Assembly: GCA_036679645.1 (NCBI GenBank)
Contig: JAZDCY010000014.1
Location: 192,001-256,000 of the forward strand
Length of the DNA: 64,000 nt
From: Gemmatimonadota bacterium
Lineage (GTDB): Bacteria > Gemmatimonadota > Gemmatimonadetes > Gemmatimonadales > GWC2-71-9
Direction: 5' to 3'
Below the pieces are notes generated by a model. That model had not been told where the DNA came from and searched no databases. It saw only the letters and a program-made list of their open reading frames with translations. A program made the position numbers and the translations under genes. Numbering within the stretch: position 1 is the stretch's first letter; each line of letters opens with the position of its first letter. Below, one piece after another: positions 10,229 to 20,125 of the stretch.

Positions 10229-11449
10229 GTGCCAAACCGCATGTTGGCCCTGGTCGTCCCCGAGGGCGTGGTCCTGCTGCTGGTCGTACTCGCACTTCGG
10301 TCGAGCGCGCTCACGGCGCACGCGGGGGCGTTCGTCGACCTCTACCCGCTGGGCGTTCTCGTGGCCGGCGTGGCACTCGCGTGGCGCTTCGAGCGGAGCG
10401 GCGTTGTGCTGGGCTTACTGGTCCTCGCCGCGGCAGCCGGTGGACTCGCCTGGAGCACCACCCGACAGCCGGGTGTGGCCTCCGCGATGCCGCTCGTTGC
10501 GGGCGTGCTCGTGCCGCTCAACCTGATCGCGCTCGGCCTCATCCGCGAACGCGGTCTCTGGACGCGTGAGGGCGGAGTGCGGCTCGTAGTCCTGATCGCC
10601 CAGGCCGGGGTGGTCCTTGCACTCCTGACACGCGGACCCGTAGACCTCGCCCCGATCGACTTCCACGTACTTCCCGCATGGCTCACGCGCTGGACGGGAC
10701 TCGGGGATCTTCCGCTGACCGTACACGTCGCAGCGGTGGGACTGTTTGCGGTGCGCGCGTTCTTCTCCGGTCGCCCAATCGATCGCGGGTACCTATGGGC
10801 GAGCGTGGGGAGCCTGCTGGCGTTCTCCGCCGCGCCATCCGTTGCAACTCCGATCGCTACGGCGCTGTTCGCGACCGCGGGCCTGGCACTCGCCATCGCC
10901 GTGGTGGAGTCATCCTACTCGCTGGCCTACCGCGACGGGCTGACGGGACTACCGGGCCGCCGAGCACTGGACGAGGCCCTGGACCGAACCCCAGGGTGCT
11001 ACACGGTGGCGATGGTCGATATCGATCACTTCAAGCGGTTCAATGACCGCCACGGTCACGCAGTGGGCGACCAGGTGCTCCGCATGGTTGCCAGGGTGCT
11101 GGGGAAGGTCGGGGGAGGCGGCCGCGCCTTTCGTTACGGTGGAGAGGAGTTCGCCATTCTCTTCCAGCGGAAGGCGGTCGATGAAACCGAGCCGTACCTC
11201 GAGCGTCTCCGGAGCGGCGTCGAGCAGTCGCACTTTACCGTTCGAGGTCGCGATCGCCCCAAGAGCAAGCCCCGGCAGCCACGGAAACGGCGTTCCGCAT
11301 CCCGGCTGTCGGTGACGGTGAGTATCGGCGTCTCGGCCAGAAACGGACGGGATCTCCCACCGATGGAGGTGGTCAAGGCAGCCGATGCGGCGCTGTACAG
11401 GGCGAAGCGGGGGGGCAGGAACCGGGTGCGCTGTGACAGGGCGATGTAA
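10229..11449 (+). CDS. Membrane-bound diguanylate cyclase
   Basis: Multiple hydrophobic helices then DGLTGLP, DIDHFKRFND, RYGGEEF, ADAALYRAK. Confidence 0.92.
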   Translation: MPNRMLALVVPEGVVLLLVVLALRSSALTAHAGAFVDLYPLGVLVAGVALAWRFERSGVVLGLLVLAAAAGGLAWSTTRQPGVASAMPLVAGVLVPLNLIALGLIRERGLWTREGGVRLVVLIAQAGVVLALLTRGPVDLAPIDFHVLPAWLTRWTGLGDLPLTVHVAAVGLFAVRAFFSGRPIDRGYLWASVGSLLAFSAAPSVATPIATALFATAGLALAIAVVESSYSLAYRDGLTGLPGRRALDEALDRTPGCYTVAMVDIDHFKRFNDRHGHAVGDQVLRMVARVLGKVGGGGRAFRYGGEEFAILFQRKAVDETEPYLERLRSGVEQSHFTVRGRDRPKSKPRQPRKRRSASRLSVTVSIGVSARNGRDLPPMEVVKAADAALYRAKRGGRNRVRCDRAM

Positions 11450-11667
11450 GGGGGGAAGCCCAGGGGCAGGTGGGGACGGAAGGCAGGGCCACGGTTGAGA
11501 AAACCACGGCCGCTGCAAAAGGGAGCGCGCGCATGGGACCTCCGGGAAGACGAGGCGGGGACAGCCGCACTATGGGAGGCGGTACGGGGGAGGTCGACGA
11601 GGGGCGATGAAAGGGGCGCAAATGGAACTGGTCGGCGGCCTCGCTGAGCTCTATTCTTCAGCTGCAC

Positions 11668-11742
11668 AGACGCTCAGGTGCTCAGACGCTCAGGTGCTCA
11701 GGTGCTCAGGTGCTCAGGTGCTCAGACGCTCGGGTGCTCAGA
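11668..11742. repeat. 8-bp tandem repeat (GCTCAGGT/GCTCAGAC) about 9 copies
   Basis: Directly visible, upstream of aminotransferase RBS. Confidence 0.9.
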
Positions 11743-11755
11743 TGGAGAGGTGGAT

Positions 11756-13038
11756 ATGAGAGGCAGGCGTTCCTTCCTACGGGGTATCACGGGGGCTGGG
11801 GCAGCGGCGGTATTTGGGGACCTAACGACGGCTCGGGAAGCGGTTGCCGCTCAGATTGCCGCAACACCTCCACTCGCCGCACACCGCTCACCGCGCACGC
11901 TTGCGAACGAGTACCTGCTCGACCCGGACATCGTCTACCTCAACCACGCCTCGATCGGGACCATTCCGCGCGTCGTGCACGAGGCCCACACGCGGTATCT
12001 CGCACTCTGCGAGGCGAACCCGTGGCTCTACATGTGGGGGGGTGCGTGGGACGAACCGCGCGAAGCGGTCCGGGACGCGGCGGCACGCTACCTGGGTGCA
12101 ACGCCTGCCGAGATTGCCCTCACGCACAATACGACCGAAGGGTTCAACACGATCGCCCAGGGCCTGCCGCTCGGACCGGGTGACGAGGTCGTCTTCAGTT
12201 CGCTCAATCATCCCGGGGCGAGCGTCTGCTGGCATCATCGGGCGCAAGAAAGAGGGTTCGCGGTCAGACAATTCACCTTTCCTATCGCCGACGCGCCCTC
12301 GCTCACCACGCACGACGTACTGAACGTCTACGATGAGCACATCACGCCGCGTACGCGTGTGCTTGTCTTCCCGCATATCGACAACATGATCGGCCTGCGT
12401 TACCCGGTCCGGGAGCTGACCGACCTCGCACGATCGAAGGGTGTCGAGTTCATCGCGGTGGATGGCGCGCAGGCGGTGGGCATGATCCCGATCGACATGC
12501 ACGCGCTCGGCGTGGACTTCTATGCCGGGAGTCCGCACAAGTGGATCCAGGCTCCCAAGGGCTTGGGCGTGCTGTACGTGCGCCGGGCGGTGGAGGACAC
12601 GCTCCGGCCAATGTGGGTGACCTGGGGCCAGGAGCGTTGGGCCGGTAGCGCACGCGTGTTCGAGGATTATGGTACGCGTAACCTGGCAGCGGCCCTGGCG
12701 CTCGGCGACGCCTTCGATTTCCAGACGCGATTGGGCCAAGAGACGAAGGTGCAGCGCTACCAAACGCTCTGGCAGCACGCGCGCTCGGTGGTCGAGGCCT
12801 CGCCGCGGCTCATCTGGCGAAGCCCACGTTCGTGGGAGCGCGCAACGTCACTGTTCGCCGTGAGGTGCGCGACATCGGGATCGCGCAGGTCTACCGCGCT
12901 CTGTGGCCCGATCAGGGCGTCGTCTTTCGCGCCTTTGCCGACCCGGAATTGAACACCGCACGCCTCTCACCAAACACGTTCACGACCGAAGAGGATCTCT
13001 CCCGCGCGCTCGCTGCCATGGCGTCCGTCGGGCGCTGA
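11756..13038 (+). pseudogene. Tat-exported PLP aminotransferase class V (cysteine desulfurase/isopenicillin N epimerase-like), frameshift near 12861
   Basis: MRGRRSFL Tat motif, YLNHASIG, VDGAQAVG, SPHKW (PLP Lys); C-terminus (EVRDI...ARLSPNTFTTEEDL) continues in another frame. Confidence 0.85.
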
Positions 13039-13121
13039 CAGCGTGACCGCCGCACACTGGCAGAGACCGATTCCTCGCGGTATCGTTCTCACGAACTCGA
13101 AACTCTTGGAGTATCCGTCGT

Positions 13122-13361
13122 ATGGCCATCACGATCGAGCGATTCGTAGAAGAGATGGAGAAGCTCAAGACCGAAATGGATGCCGGCCTACAGCATGGGG
13201 AGTACGATCAGCGGCTCGCACGGATCATCCACGAGTTGCGCGAGCGGAAACTCGACGCCGACAGAGCGAAGATCACGAGCACGCTCGAAGACCTGCTGAG
13301 CCGGGCCGTGATTACATCGGGTGTCAAAGAGCACTTGGAGAAACGTCTCGGTCTCGTCTGA
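13122..13361 (+). CDS. Small helical hypothetical protein
   Basis: 79 aa, protein-like composition and codon usage. Confidence 0.7.
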   Translation: MAITIERFVEEMEKLKTEMDAGLQHGEYDQRLARIIHELRERKLDADRAKITSTLEDLLSRAVITSGVKEHLEKRLGLV

Positions 13362-13452
13362 GCGCCGCGCCGTGAAGATTGACGGCCGCCTCTCTGCGGT
13401 GAAGCATCCCAACACTCGGCGAGGAGCTAACCTTCACTCACCGCAGAGCCCG

Positions 13453-15537
13453 CTAGGGTACGGTCACTTCCCGCCTTTCCGTCATTAGCGGCAACGCCAC
13501 CAACGTCATCGTCGCCGCCGTCACCGTCCCGATGATCACTGCAATGCCAAATCGTTGCGTCGGTGGGAACTGCGACAGCGCAAAGATGCCAAACCCAGCG
13601 CAGATGATCAGCGTTGCGCCGAGGATGGCCGGCAGCAGTTGCGACCGCGCGTCGCGCCACGCCCGGGAGTCGGAAAGCCCCTCACCCCGGAGCCGCCGGA
13701 CCCGTGTCACCAGGTGAATCATCGAATCGACGCCCATCGCGAGCGAGATGTTGGCGGCAGGTGAAGTGATGATATCGAGCGGGAGCCCTAGATGACCCAT
13801 CGCGCCCAGCACGACCACGGGAATCCCCGCCAGGCCTGCGACCATGGCCGCCGCCCACGAGCCACGCCGCGCAACAATGAACGCGATCCCCACAAACAAA
13901 ACGACAAGCCCGCCGAGCCCGTACCGCACGCTGCGTGAGATCAGCCGTCCAAGCTGCGCCTGTAGCTCGAAGACCCCGCCGGTTTGAGCGACCTCGAACC
14001 CGTGCCCGCGCGCGACGGCGCGCATCCGCTCCGTCGTCGCGGCGCGTCCCTCGAACACGCCCGACTCGCGCATGCGGAGGAAGTAGAGCGCCTCACTTCG
14101 GTCGGCGGACACGAAACTGCGCGAGATGTGGTTGAAGAGTGGCGTATCGAGGATATCGAGTAGCTGACTCCAGCCCAGCAATCCCGCGAGTGGCTGCCGC
14201 TTCGCGTGCGACAACATGGGGGCCGGCGACAAGACGACACCCACCGCCGAATCCGACTCCAGTTCCTCCTGCAGATCCCACATGCGCTCGTAGATGGCAT
14301 CGGTATCGATGCGCGCACCGGCCGTATCGCGGACCGCGAGATAGAGCGTGCTGCTCCCGCCATCCCGATCGATCGCCTCGAGCCCCGCGCGGAGGTCGCT
14401 CCCGGGAGCGAAGTACGACAGTAGGGACGGTTCCGTCGCGAGCCGGAACACACCCGGCACGCCCGCGATCACGAGAGCGGCGATGAGCACGAGCCAGATG
14501 CGCCGCCGCGGCGGCCGTGAGAGGATTTCGGGCATGCGCGTCCCGCGCGCCGTCCGCGCGCCGACGCCCGCCGAGCGCAGGAACAAAGGAAAGACACCGT
14601 ACGCCACCGCGAGCGCTACGCCTGCGCCGATCGCCCCAGCTATCCCCAGCTCGCGCAGCGGGCGCGCGGACGCCAGCAACAGTGCCAGGAACCCGAGCAT
14701 TGTCGTGGCCATACTCCAAAACGACGCCGAGAATGTCATCCGCACGGCCGCGGACGCGGCATCGGGTGAGAGATGTTCCGCGAGGGCCCGCCGCCAGTTG
14801 GCGGTGAGAAAGACCGCGTGCGAGAGCGTGAGCACGAAGACGATGGTCACGATGTTCGCCGTCAGCAGCCCGATCCGCACGCCGAGCAGCGTGTTGACGA
14901 TCAGCGTCACGGCACAGGAAAGCAGACATGCCGTGAGCGTGCCAAGGACCACGGCCCCGACTCGATAGACGACAGCGATCATTGCACCGAATACCAGCAA
15001 CGCTGCGAGGCTGAACGTCACGAAGTCGCGCGACAGGCTGCGGCGGATCAACTCGACGACGTACAGGACGCCCGAGACCTGGATCTGCCGGGCCCCCGCC
15101 CCCCTGTCCACCCCACTGATGACGTGCTCGACCCCTGCCACGAGGGTCGCGGTACTCTTCTCATCGACCTGCAGGATGATGTTGGTGGCGCGCCCGTCCG
15201 GCGTGGTTAGCAGCCGACCCCAGAGCGGGCTGGTGGCGTCTTCGGTCGCGACGCTGTACGCCGCCACGACGCCGTCGACAGCCCGGAGGGAATCGGCGAG
15301 CGAGCGCACGGTCGCCCGGTACTCGGCGCTCTCGAGGTTATCTCCGGGGACCCGCACCACCAGTTGCTCGGGTGAGGGGAACCGTTCCTGAAGCTCGGTG
15401 GTAGCTCGCAGTTGGGGATCGTCTTCCGAGAAGAAGAACTCGCTCTCGACGCGCGGCGCGAGATCCACGAACACGATGACCCCCGCCACGACGACGGCCG
15501 TCGCGGCGACGAGTACCAGGTCAGTGCGGATGCGCAT
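13453..15537 (-). CDS. MMPL/RND family transporter
   Basis: Two repeats of TM + periplasmic loop + TM bundle; GVDSMIH, AGFGIFALSQFPPTQRFG. Confidence 0.88.
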   Translation of the reverse strand: MRIRTDLVLVAATAVVVAGVIVFVDLAPRVESEFFFSEDDPQLRATTELQERFPSPEQLVVRVPGDNLESAEYRATVRSLADSLRAVDGVVAAYSVATEDATSPLWGRLLTTPDGRATNIILQVDEKSTATLVAGVEHVISGVDRGAGARQIQVSGVLYVVELIRRSLSRDFVTFSLAALLVFGAMIAVVYRVGAVVLGTLTACLLSCAVTLIVNTLLGVRIGLLTANIVTIVFVLTLSHAVFLTANWRRALAEHLSPDAASAAVRMTFSASFWSMATTMLGFLALLLASARPLRELGIAGAIGAGVALAVAYGVFPLFLRSAGVGARTARGTRMPEILSRPPRRRIWLVLIAALVIAGVPGVFRLATEPSLLSYFAPGSDLRAGLEAIDRDGGSSTLYLAVRDTAGARIDTDAIYERMWDLQEELESDSAVGVVLSPAPMLSHAKRQPLAGLLGWSQLLDILDTPLFNHISRSFVSADRSEALYFLRMRESGVFEGRAATTERMRAVARGHGFEVAQTGGVFELQAQLGRLISRSVRYGLGGLVVLFVGIAFIVARRGSWAAAMVAGLAGIPVVVLGAMGHLGLPLDIITSPAANISLAMGVDSMIHLVTRVRRLRGEGLSDSRAWRDARSQLLPAILGATLIICAGFGIFALSQFPPTQRFGIAVIIGTVTAATMTLVALPLMTERREVTVP

Positions 15538-15593
15538 GGCAACTTAGATTACCACCACGGGAACCAATCACGAAAGCCGCAGGCAGGAAAACC

Positions 15594-16046
15594 ATGATCG
15601 AGCTGAAAGCCATACTCGCAGCGGCCGCCTTGGCCGCACCAATCTCAACCGCAGCGGCGCAGGAGGCCGAGGTCCAGGCCGCGATGGAGGCAACGCTTGC
15701 GGCGTGGAACGTTGGTGACCTGGAAGAAGTTGCCGCGCACTACGCGGCCGGGACGCGCGGGTTCTTCCTGGACGGGGGCGTGCTGCTGCGCGGGTTCAAC
15801 CTCCCGGCACTGCAAGCGGCATACGCTGCCGGGTTCCGCGCGAGCTTCACTGCACGCGACGTCGACGTACGGGTACTCGGGAACGTTGCGGTGGCCGCCG
15901 CCTACCTCGACGGCTCGCTCACGCTTCCGGGTGGCGAGCCACAGGCAGGCATATGGCGGTATACGGAGACGCGGGTGAACGAGGACGGGCGTTGGCTCAT
16001 CGTGCAGTATCACTTCTCGCAGATGACTACGCCCACCGGACGGTAG
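15594..16046 (+). CDS. Secreted NTF2-like (SnoaL/DUF4440) protein
   Basis: Signal peptide; C-terminal GRWLIVQYHFS. Confidence 0.8.
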   Translation: MIELKAILAAAALAAPISTAAAQEAEVQAAMEATLAAWNVGDLEEVAAHYAAGTRGFFLDGGVLLRGFNLPALQAAYAAGFRASFTARDVDVRVLGNVAVAAAYLDGSLTLPGGEPQAGIWRYTETRVNEDGRWLIVQYHFSQMTTPTGR

Positions 16047-16067
16047 CCGCGGCCCCGAATCCCGCGG

Positions 16068-17402
16068 CTAGTACTCGTCGCCCAACCCGAACGTCGGCTG
16101 CCGAGTGACCCAGCGCCCGCCGGTGAAGTCCGGAAACGGGACGGGTTGGCTCCCGCCGGCCACCGAACGCTCCGACAGCGGGCTGATCACGCTCCACGCC
16201 GCAGCATCGTACACATCGAGCGGGGTCGGCTCGTGCCGCTTCACCGACTCGAGAAATCCGTGCAGCACGAAAAAGTCCATGCCGCCGTGTCCCGCACCGG
16301 TGGCGCGTTCCTCGTATCGCTGCCACAGCGGATGGTCGTACCGTTCGAGATAGGGAGCCGCCTCTTCCCAGCGATGGGGCCGCTCGCTCACCCCCTCGAG
16401 ATAGATCGACCGGTTGTCGCTCATCCAGATACCTTTCGTGCCCTGCACGCGGAAGTTCAACGAGTAGGGTCGCGGCAGATTCGTATCGTGACTCACGACC
16501 ATAGTCTGACCGTTGGCGCACTTGATCACGGTCGTCACGATGTCACCCAACGCGAATCGGACGCCGGCGTTCGGGTGACCTTCCCCACCCTGCGCCACGA
16601 TGTACTCGTGTAGTCCACGGGTCTGGGTGGCCGTAGAGGTGAGGTACAGGAAGCGATTGCCGTGGTTGATGTTCAGACAGTTCGCCATGGGACCCACGCC
16701 ATGCGTGGGGTAGAGATCGCCGTTGCGGCGAATGGCATGTTGTGTCCGCCAGCGAGCCTCACCCGTCGACCCCGGACCGAACTCGGCGCCGGGCTGGAAC
16801 TTGATGGCGCGCAGGTCGTGCTGATACCCACCCTGGCAGTGCATCAACTCGCCAAAGAGCCCCTCGCGCACCATGTTGAGCACGGCAATCGTGTCCCGGC
16901 GATAGCAGACGTTCTCCATCACCTGGCACGGCATACCCGTGTCCTCGGAGGTGTGCACCAGTTCCCAGCAATCCTCGACCGTGACCGCCGCGGGGACCTC
17001 GACGCCGACTGTCTTGCCGGCCCGCATCGCGGCGACGGCCATGGGCGTGTGCCATAACCAGGGAGTGGCAATGATGACGGCATCCAGATCGTCCCGCGTC
17101 ACGAGGTTGCGGAAATCCTCTTCGCCATTACCGTAGGCGACGGGGGCATCCTGCCCCGCTTCCTCTACGGACCGTACGGCGTTGCCGAGCGCCTCCGGAT
17201 CGATGTCGCACAGGGCGTTGATCTTCGTATCGTCGCGCCGCAGCGCAAGCCCAAGGGTGCTCGTCCCGCGGCCGCCGACCCCGATGATTCCGAGGCGTAC
17301 TTCGCGGTCGTCGCGGCCGATCACGATATTGGGTCTGAAACCCGCGATTCCGGCCACGGCGCCGGCGCTCCCTTGAACGAACGTCCGTCTGTCCATCGGC
17401 AT
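16068..17402 (-). CDS. Tat-exported Gfo/Idh/MocA oxidoreductase, GH109 alpha-N-acetylgalactosaminidase-like
   Basis: DRRTFV Tat motif, IGVGGRG, TPWLWHTPMA, ENVCY, YPTHG, GHGGMD, FPDFT. Confidence 0.9.
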   Translation of the reverse strand: MPMDRRTFVQGSAGAVAGIAGFRPNIVIGRDDREVRLGIIGVGGRGTSTLGLALRRDDTKINALCDIDPEALGNAVRSVEEAGQDAPVAYGNGEEDFRNLVTRDDLDAVIIATPWLWHTPMAVAAMRAGKTVGVEVPAAVTVEDCWELVHTSEDTGMPCQVMENVCYRRDTIAVLNMVREGLFGELMHCQGGYQHDLRAIKFQPGAEFGPGSTGEARWRTQHAIRRNGDLYPTHGVGPMANCLNINHGNRFLYLTSTATQTRGLHEYIVAQGGEGHPNAGVRFALGDIVTTVIKCANGQTMVVSHDTNLPRPYSLNFRVQGTKGIWMSDNRSIYLEGVSERPHRWEEAAPYLERYDHPLWQRYEERATGAGHGGMDFFVLHGFLESVKRHEPTPLDVYDAAAWSVISPLSERSVAGGSQPVPFPDFTGGRWVTRQPTFGLGDEY

Positions 17403-17453
17403 CGTCGCTCCTTGCTCGTGCGGTCGGTGCAGAAGGGTTAGAATCTACCTGCC

Positions 17454-18665
17454 ATGGCCGTGACGACCAGAGACATCGACGACCTGAAGCGCCGCTTTCA
17501 CCAGGCGTACGGCTCCCGTGCGCCCACGCATCTGGTCCAGGCTCCGGGCCGCGTCAACCTGATCGGCGAGCACATCGACTACAACGGTCTCCCCGTGCTC
17601 CCGATGGCCATCGACCGCCGCATCCTGCTGTTGCTCCGTGCCCGCACCGACAACGTCATACGGGTCACGAACACCGATCCACGTTTCTATCGCGCGGAAT
17701 TCACGTTACGTCATGATATCCCGACGTCCCCGGGCGGGAACTGGGTGAACTACCTCAAGGCGGGGGCGCAGGCGGTTGTGCGCGCGCACGGGGTGGAGGT
17801 GGGGTTCGACGCTGTGATCGGGTCGTCGCTTCCCATCGCGGCGGGGTTGTCCTCTTCGTCGGCACTGGTGGTCGCAACGGCGCTCGCCTTGAATCATGTG
17901 AACGCGATCGATTCGGATCCGGTCGCGCTGGCGTCTCTGCTTGCCGAGGGTGAACGCTACGTGGGCACGCAGGGCGGCGGCATGGACCAGGCGATCTGTC
18001 TCGCCGCGCGTGCGGGCACGGCCTCGCGGATCACGTTCGATCCGTTGCGCGTCACACCGCGCCGCGTGCCCAAACACTGGCGCTTCGTCGTGGCACATTC
18101 TCTCGCGGACGCGGAGAAATCCGGCGCCATACAGGAGACGTACAACAAGCGGACACAGGAGTGTGAGGCCGCCCTCGCGACCATGGCACAGGCGCTGAAC
18201 CGGCCCATGCCCACGTACATGTCGTTACTCGAGACCGAAGACTACGGCGCCTTGCGCAACGCCATCGAAACGCTCGACGAGCGCTTCGCGAAGCGGTTTC
18301 GCCACGTCGTCTCGGAGGTGCGCCGCGTGTTCGAGGCGGAGCGCGCGATGGAAGCTGATGACCTCGCCGCGTTTGGGGGCATGCTGGTGGCGTCCCACCT
18401 CAGCCTGCGTGACGACTTCGAGGTGAGCACACCCGATCTGGACATGCTGGCGGAGATCGCGCTGGATGGCGGTGCCGCAGGCGCGCGGCTCACCGGGGCC
18501 GGCATGGGCGGCTGCGCGATTGCCGTCACCGACGCGGATCACGTGACGTCGGTGGTCGAGGCATTGGCCGAGCGCTTCTACCGCCGGCGTGGGGTGCGCG
18601 ATCCGGAGGCGATGCACCTTTTCGCGGCGGAGCCGTCACACGGGGCTTCCGTGTCAGCGATGTGA
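17454..18665 (+). CDS. galK: Galactokinase (GHMP kinase)
   Basis: APGRVNLIGEHIDYNG, PIAAGLSSSSA, GGMDQ, GARLTGAGMGG. Confidence 0.92.
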   Translation: MAVTTRDIDDLKRRFHQAYGSRAPTHLVQAPGRVNLIGEHIDYNGLPVLPMAIDRRILLLLRARTDNVIRVTNTDPRFYRAEFTLRHDIPTSPGGNWVNYLKAGAQAVVRAHGVEVGFDAVIGSSLPIAAGLSSSSALVVATALALNHVNAIDSDPVALASLLAEGERYVGTQGGGMDQAICLAARAGTASRITFDPLRVTPRRVPKHWRFVVAHSLADAEKSGAIQETYNKRTQECEAALATMAQALNRPMPTYMSLLETEDYGALRNAIETLDERFAKRFRHVVSEVRRVFEAERAMEADDLAAFGGMLVASHLSLRDDFEVSTPDLDMLAEIALDGGAAGARLTGAGMGGCAIAVTDADHVTSVVEALAERFYRRRGVRDPEAMHLFAAEPSHGASVSAM

Positions 18666-18822
18666 TGATGTGTCGGCGTCGGCCGGCTCCACCCCATGCC
18701 CTCCGGGGCGTTATGGACCCGATCCCCGTGTCGGCGGGCGGGATGCCACCGCCTCCCTGCCCGATACAGTGTTCCGGTGAACATCTTGGACATGTTCTCC
18801 TCCTGACTGGAGTGCAAACACC

Positions 18823-19086
18823 ATGAGGCTCAATACCAAGGCGTTGATGATCGTGTGCGCCGCCCTCTGGGCGGGACTCTTCCTGTTCGTGGGCGTCGCC
18901 AACCTGATCTGGGAGCCCTACGGCGCGGGGCTGCTCCAACTCGGCGCGTCGATCTATCCGGGTTACGAAGGACCGGCCGGGTTCGGCTCGGTGATCGTCG
19001 TAACACTGTACGCGCTGGTGGATGGTGCCATCTGTGGCGCGCTCTTCGGCTGGCTCTACAACATGGTGGCGAGCAAGTCGGCCTAG
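18823..19086 (+). CDS. Small two-helix membrane protein
   Basis: 87 aa, GGAG RBS, SIYPGY and FGWLYN motifs. Confidence 0.7.
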   Translation: MRLNTKALMIVCAALWAGLFLFVGVANLIWEPYGAGLLQLGASIYPGYEGPAGFGSVIVVTLYALVDGAICGALFGWLYNMVASKSA

Positions 19087-19326
19087 CGCGCCATCATCGG
19101 AGTCCATGACCACGAGCCCATCCGGTGGTTCCCGCGCTCAAGCGCGGGCTCGGCGCTGGCGCGGCGCGATTTGCAGGCGCTCGGCAGTCCTTCACGACCA
19201 CCCGCGCGTAGCGCGCCGACCGCGTCCGCGAGCTTGCGAGCGGCGCGGCGCCGAGCATCGCGAGTCGGAGACGAGCGATGACTCGGCAACCGGGGCTTCT
19301 AGCCCCGGGACACGAGGGTCAGCTTC

Positions 19327-19402
19327 ATGACGTCAGTTGATCGTCTCATCGAGGCCCTGGCCGACCGCTACCGCGTCGAACGCGAACTCGGTCGCGGCGG
19401 GC
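19327..19402 (+). pseudogene. 5' fragment of Ser/Thr kinase gene
   Basis: MTSVDRLIEALADRYRVERELGRGG then abrupt loss of similarity. Confidence 0.7.
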
Positions 19403-19406
19403 AATG

Positions 19407-19438
19407 GAAAAGCCAGGCGGCACTGAGCCACCCGGCTT
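19407..19438 (-). terminator. Terminator-like hairpin closing the tRNA-like transcript
   Basis: AAGCCGGGTGGC-TCAGT-GCCGCCTGGCTT followed by TT on minus strand. Confidence 0.55.
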
Positions 19439-19522
19439 CCCTCGGCGTAGCGAGTCTGGCTACGCAGCGGCACTCCGTGTCTCAAAGGTATGGTTCGGCG
19501 TGAGCCGAGTCAACGCGGTGGG

Positions 19523-19606
19523 TGCTGGCGGTGGGATTCGAACCCACATGGGCTTGCGCCCCACGGAGTGCCGCTCCGCTGCGTCTGCCAATTCCGCCAC
19601 GCCAGC
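19523..19606 (-). tRNA. tRNA-Leu-type body with atypical anticodon loop (GCGGCAC, nominal anticodon GGC)
   Basis: GCTGGCG/CGCCAGC+A73, D arm GGCGGAATTGGCAGACGC, long variable arm GGGC-GCAA-GCCC, T arm GTGGGTTCGAATCCCAC; lacks U33. Confidence 0.8.
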
Positions 19607-19762
19607 ACCACAACGGCAGCGAACCATGGCAGCCCAAAGGCCGAAGACGCGGGAGATCGTACCCGATGCCGACCGCCCGACCATGATAGCACCGTCGGTG
19701 CGCAGCGTTGGTACCATTTCGTTGCCGACTCTACCAAAGCCACGCACGGAGGCCGCCTAGTA

Positions 19763-20125
19763 ATGGGCGTCGCTGAGAGCCTGGCGTCCGCACTCGCCGA
19801 CCGCTACCGCGTCGAACGCGAACTCGGCCGCGGCGGCATGGCCACCGTCTACCTCGCCGAAGATCTCAAACATCACCGGCAGGTCGCGCTTAAGGTCTTG
19901 CGGTTTGCCAGCGTAGCCGAGGTCAAGAACCGGCTATCCGAGTATCTAGCCAGGGCCCGGCGGAAGAACGAGCCCATTATCGTCACTTACCACGGCAAGC
20001 CTTACGCCTTGATCCAGCCCCTTTCGGAACAGGATCTGGAGGAGTTGGAATGGAGGGAATTGGCGACGACGCGCTTGGCCGGCGCATGGGAGGGTGAGAA
20101 GGACGCCCTCTATGACTACCTATAA
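19763..20125 (+). CDS. Phd/YefM antitoxin fused in frame to a Ser/Thr kinase 5' fragment (antitoxin part starts ~19898)
   Basis: ALADRYRVERELGRGGMATVYLAEDLKHHRQVALKVL joined to RFASVAEVKNRLSEYL...PIIVTYHGKPYALI. Confidence 0.75.
   Translation: MGVAESLASALADRYRVERELGRGGMATVYLAEDLKHHRQVALKVLRFASVAEVKNRLSEYLARARRKNEPIIVTYHGKPYALIQPLSEQDLEELEWRELATTRLAGAWEGEKDALYDYL

Noticed and set aside
13392..13448. CTCTGCGGTGA inverted repeat
   Set aside because: Short repeat between convergent genes; probably a common dispersed repeat or terminator, no further support
19407..19606. Canonical tmRNA (ssrA)
   Set aside because: No G3:U70, complete tRNA D arm, too short, tag-like frame lies 3' of the acceptor end
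19460..19747. 95-aa ORF spanning the tRNA-like gene
   Set aside because: Overlaps a well-formed cloverleaf, no RBS or family similarity
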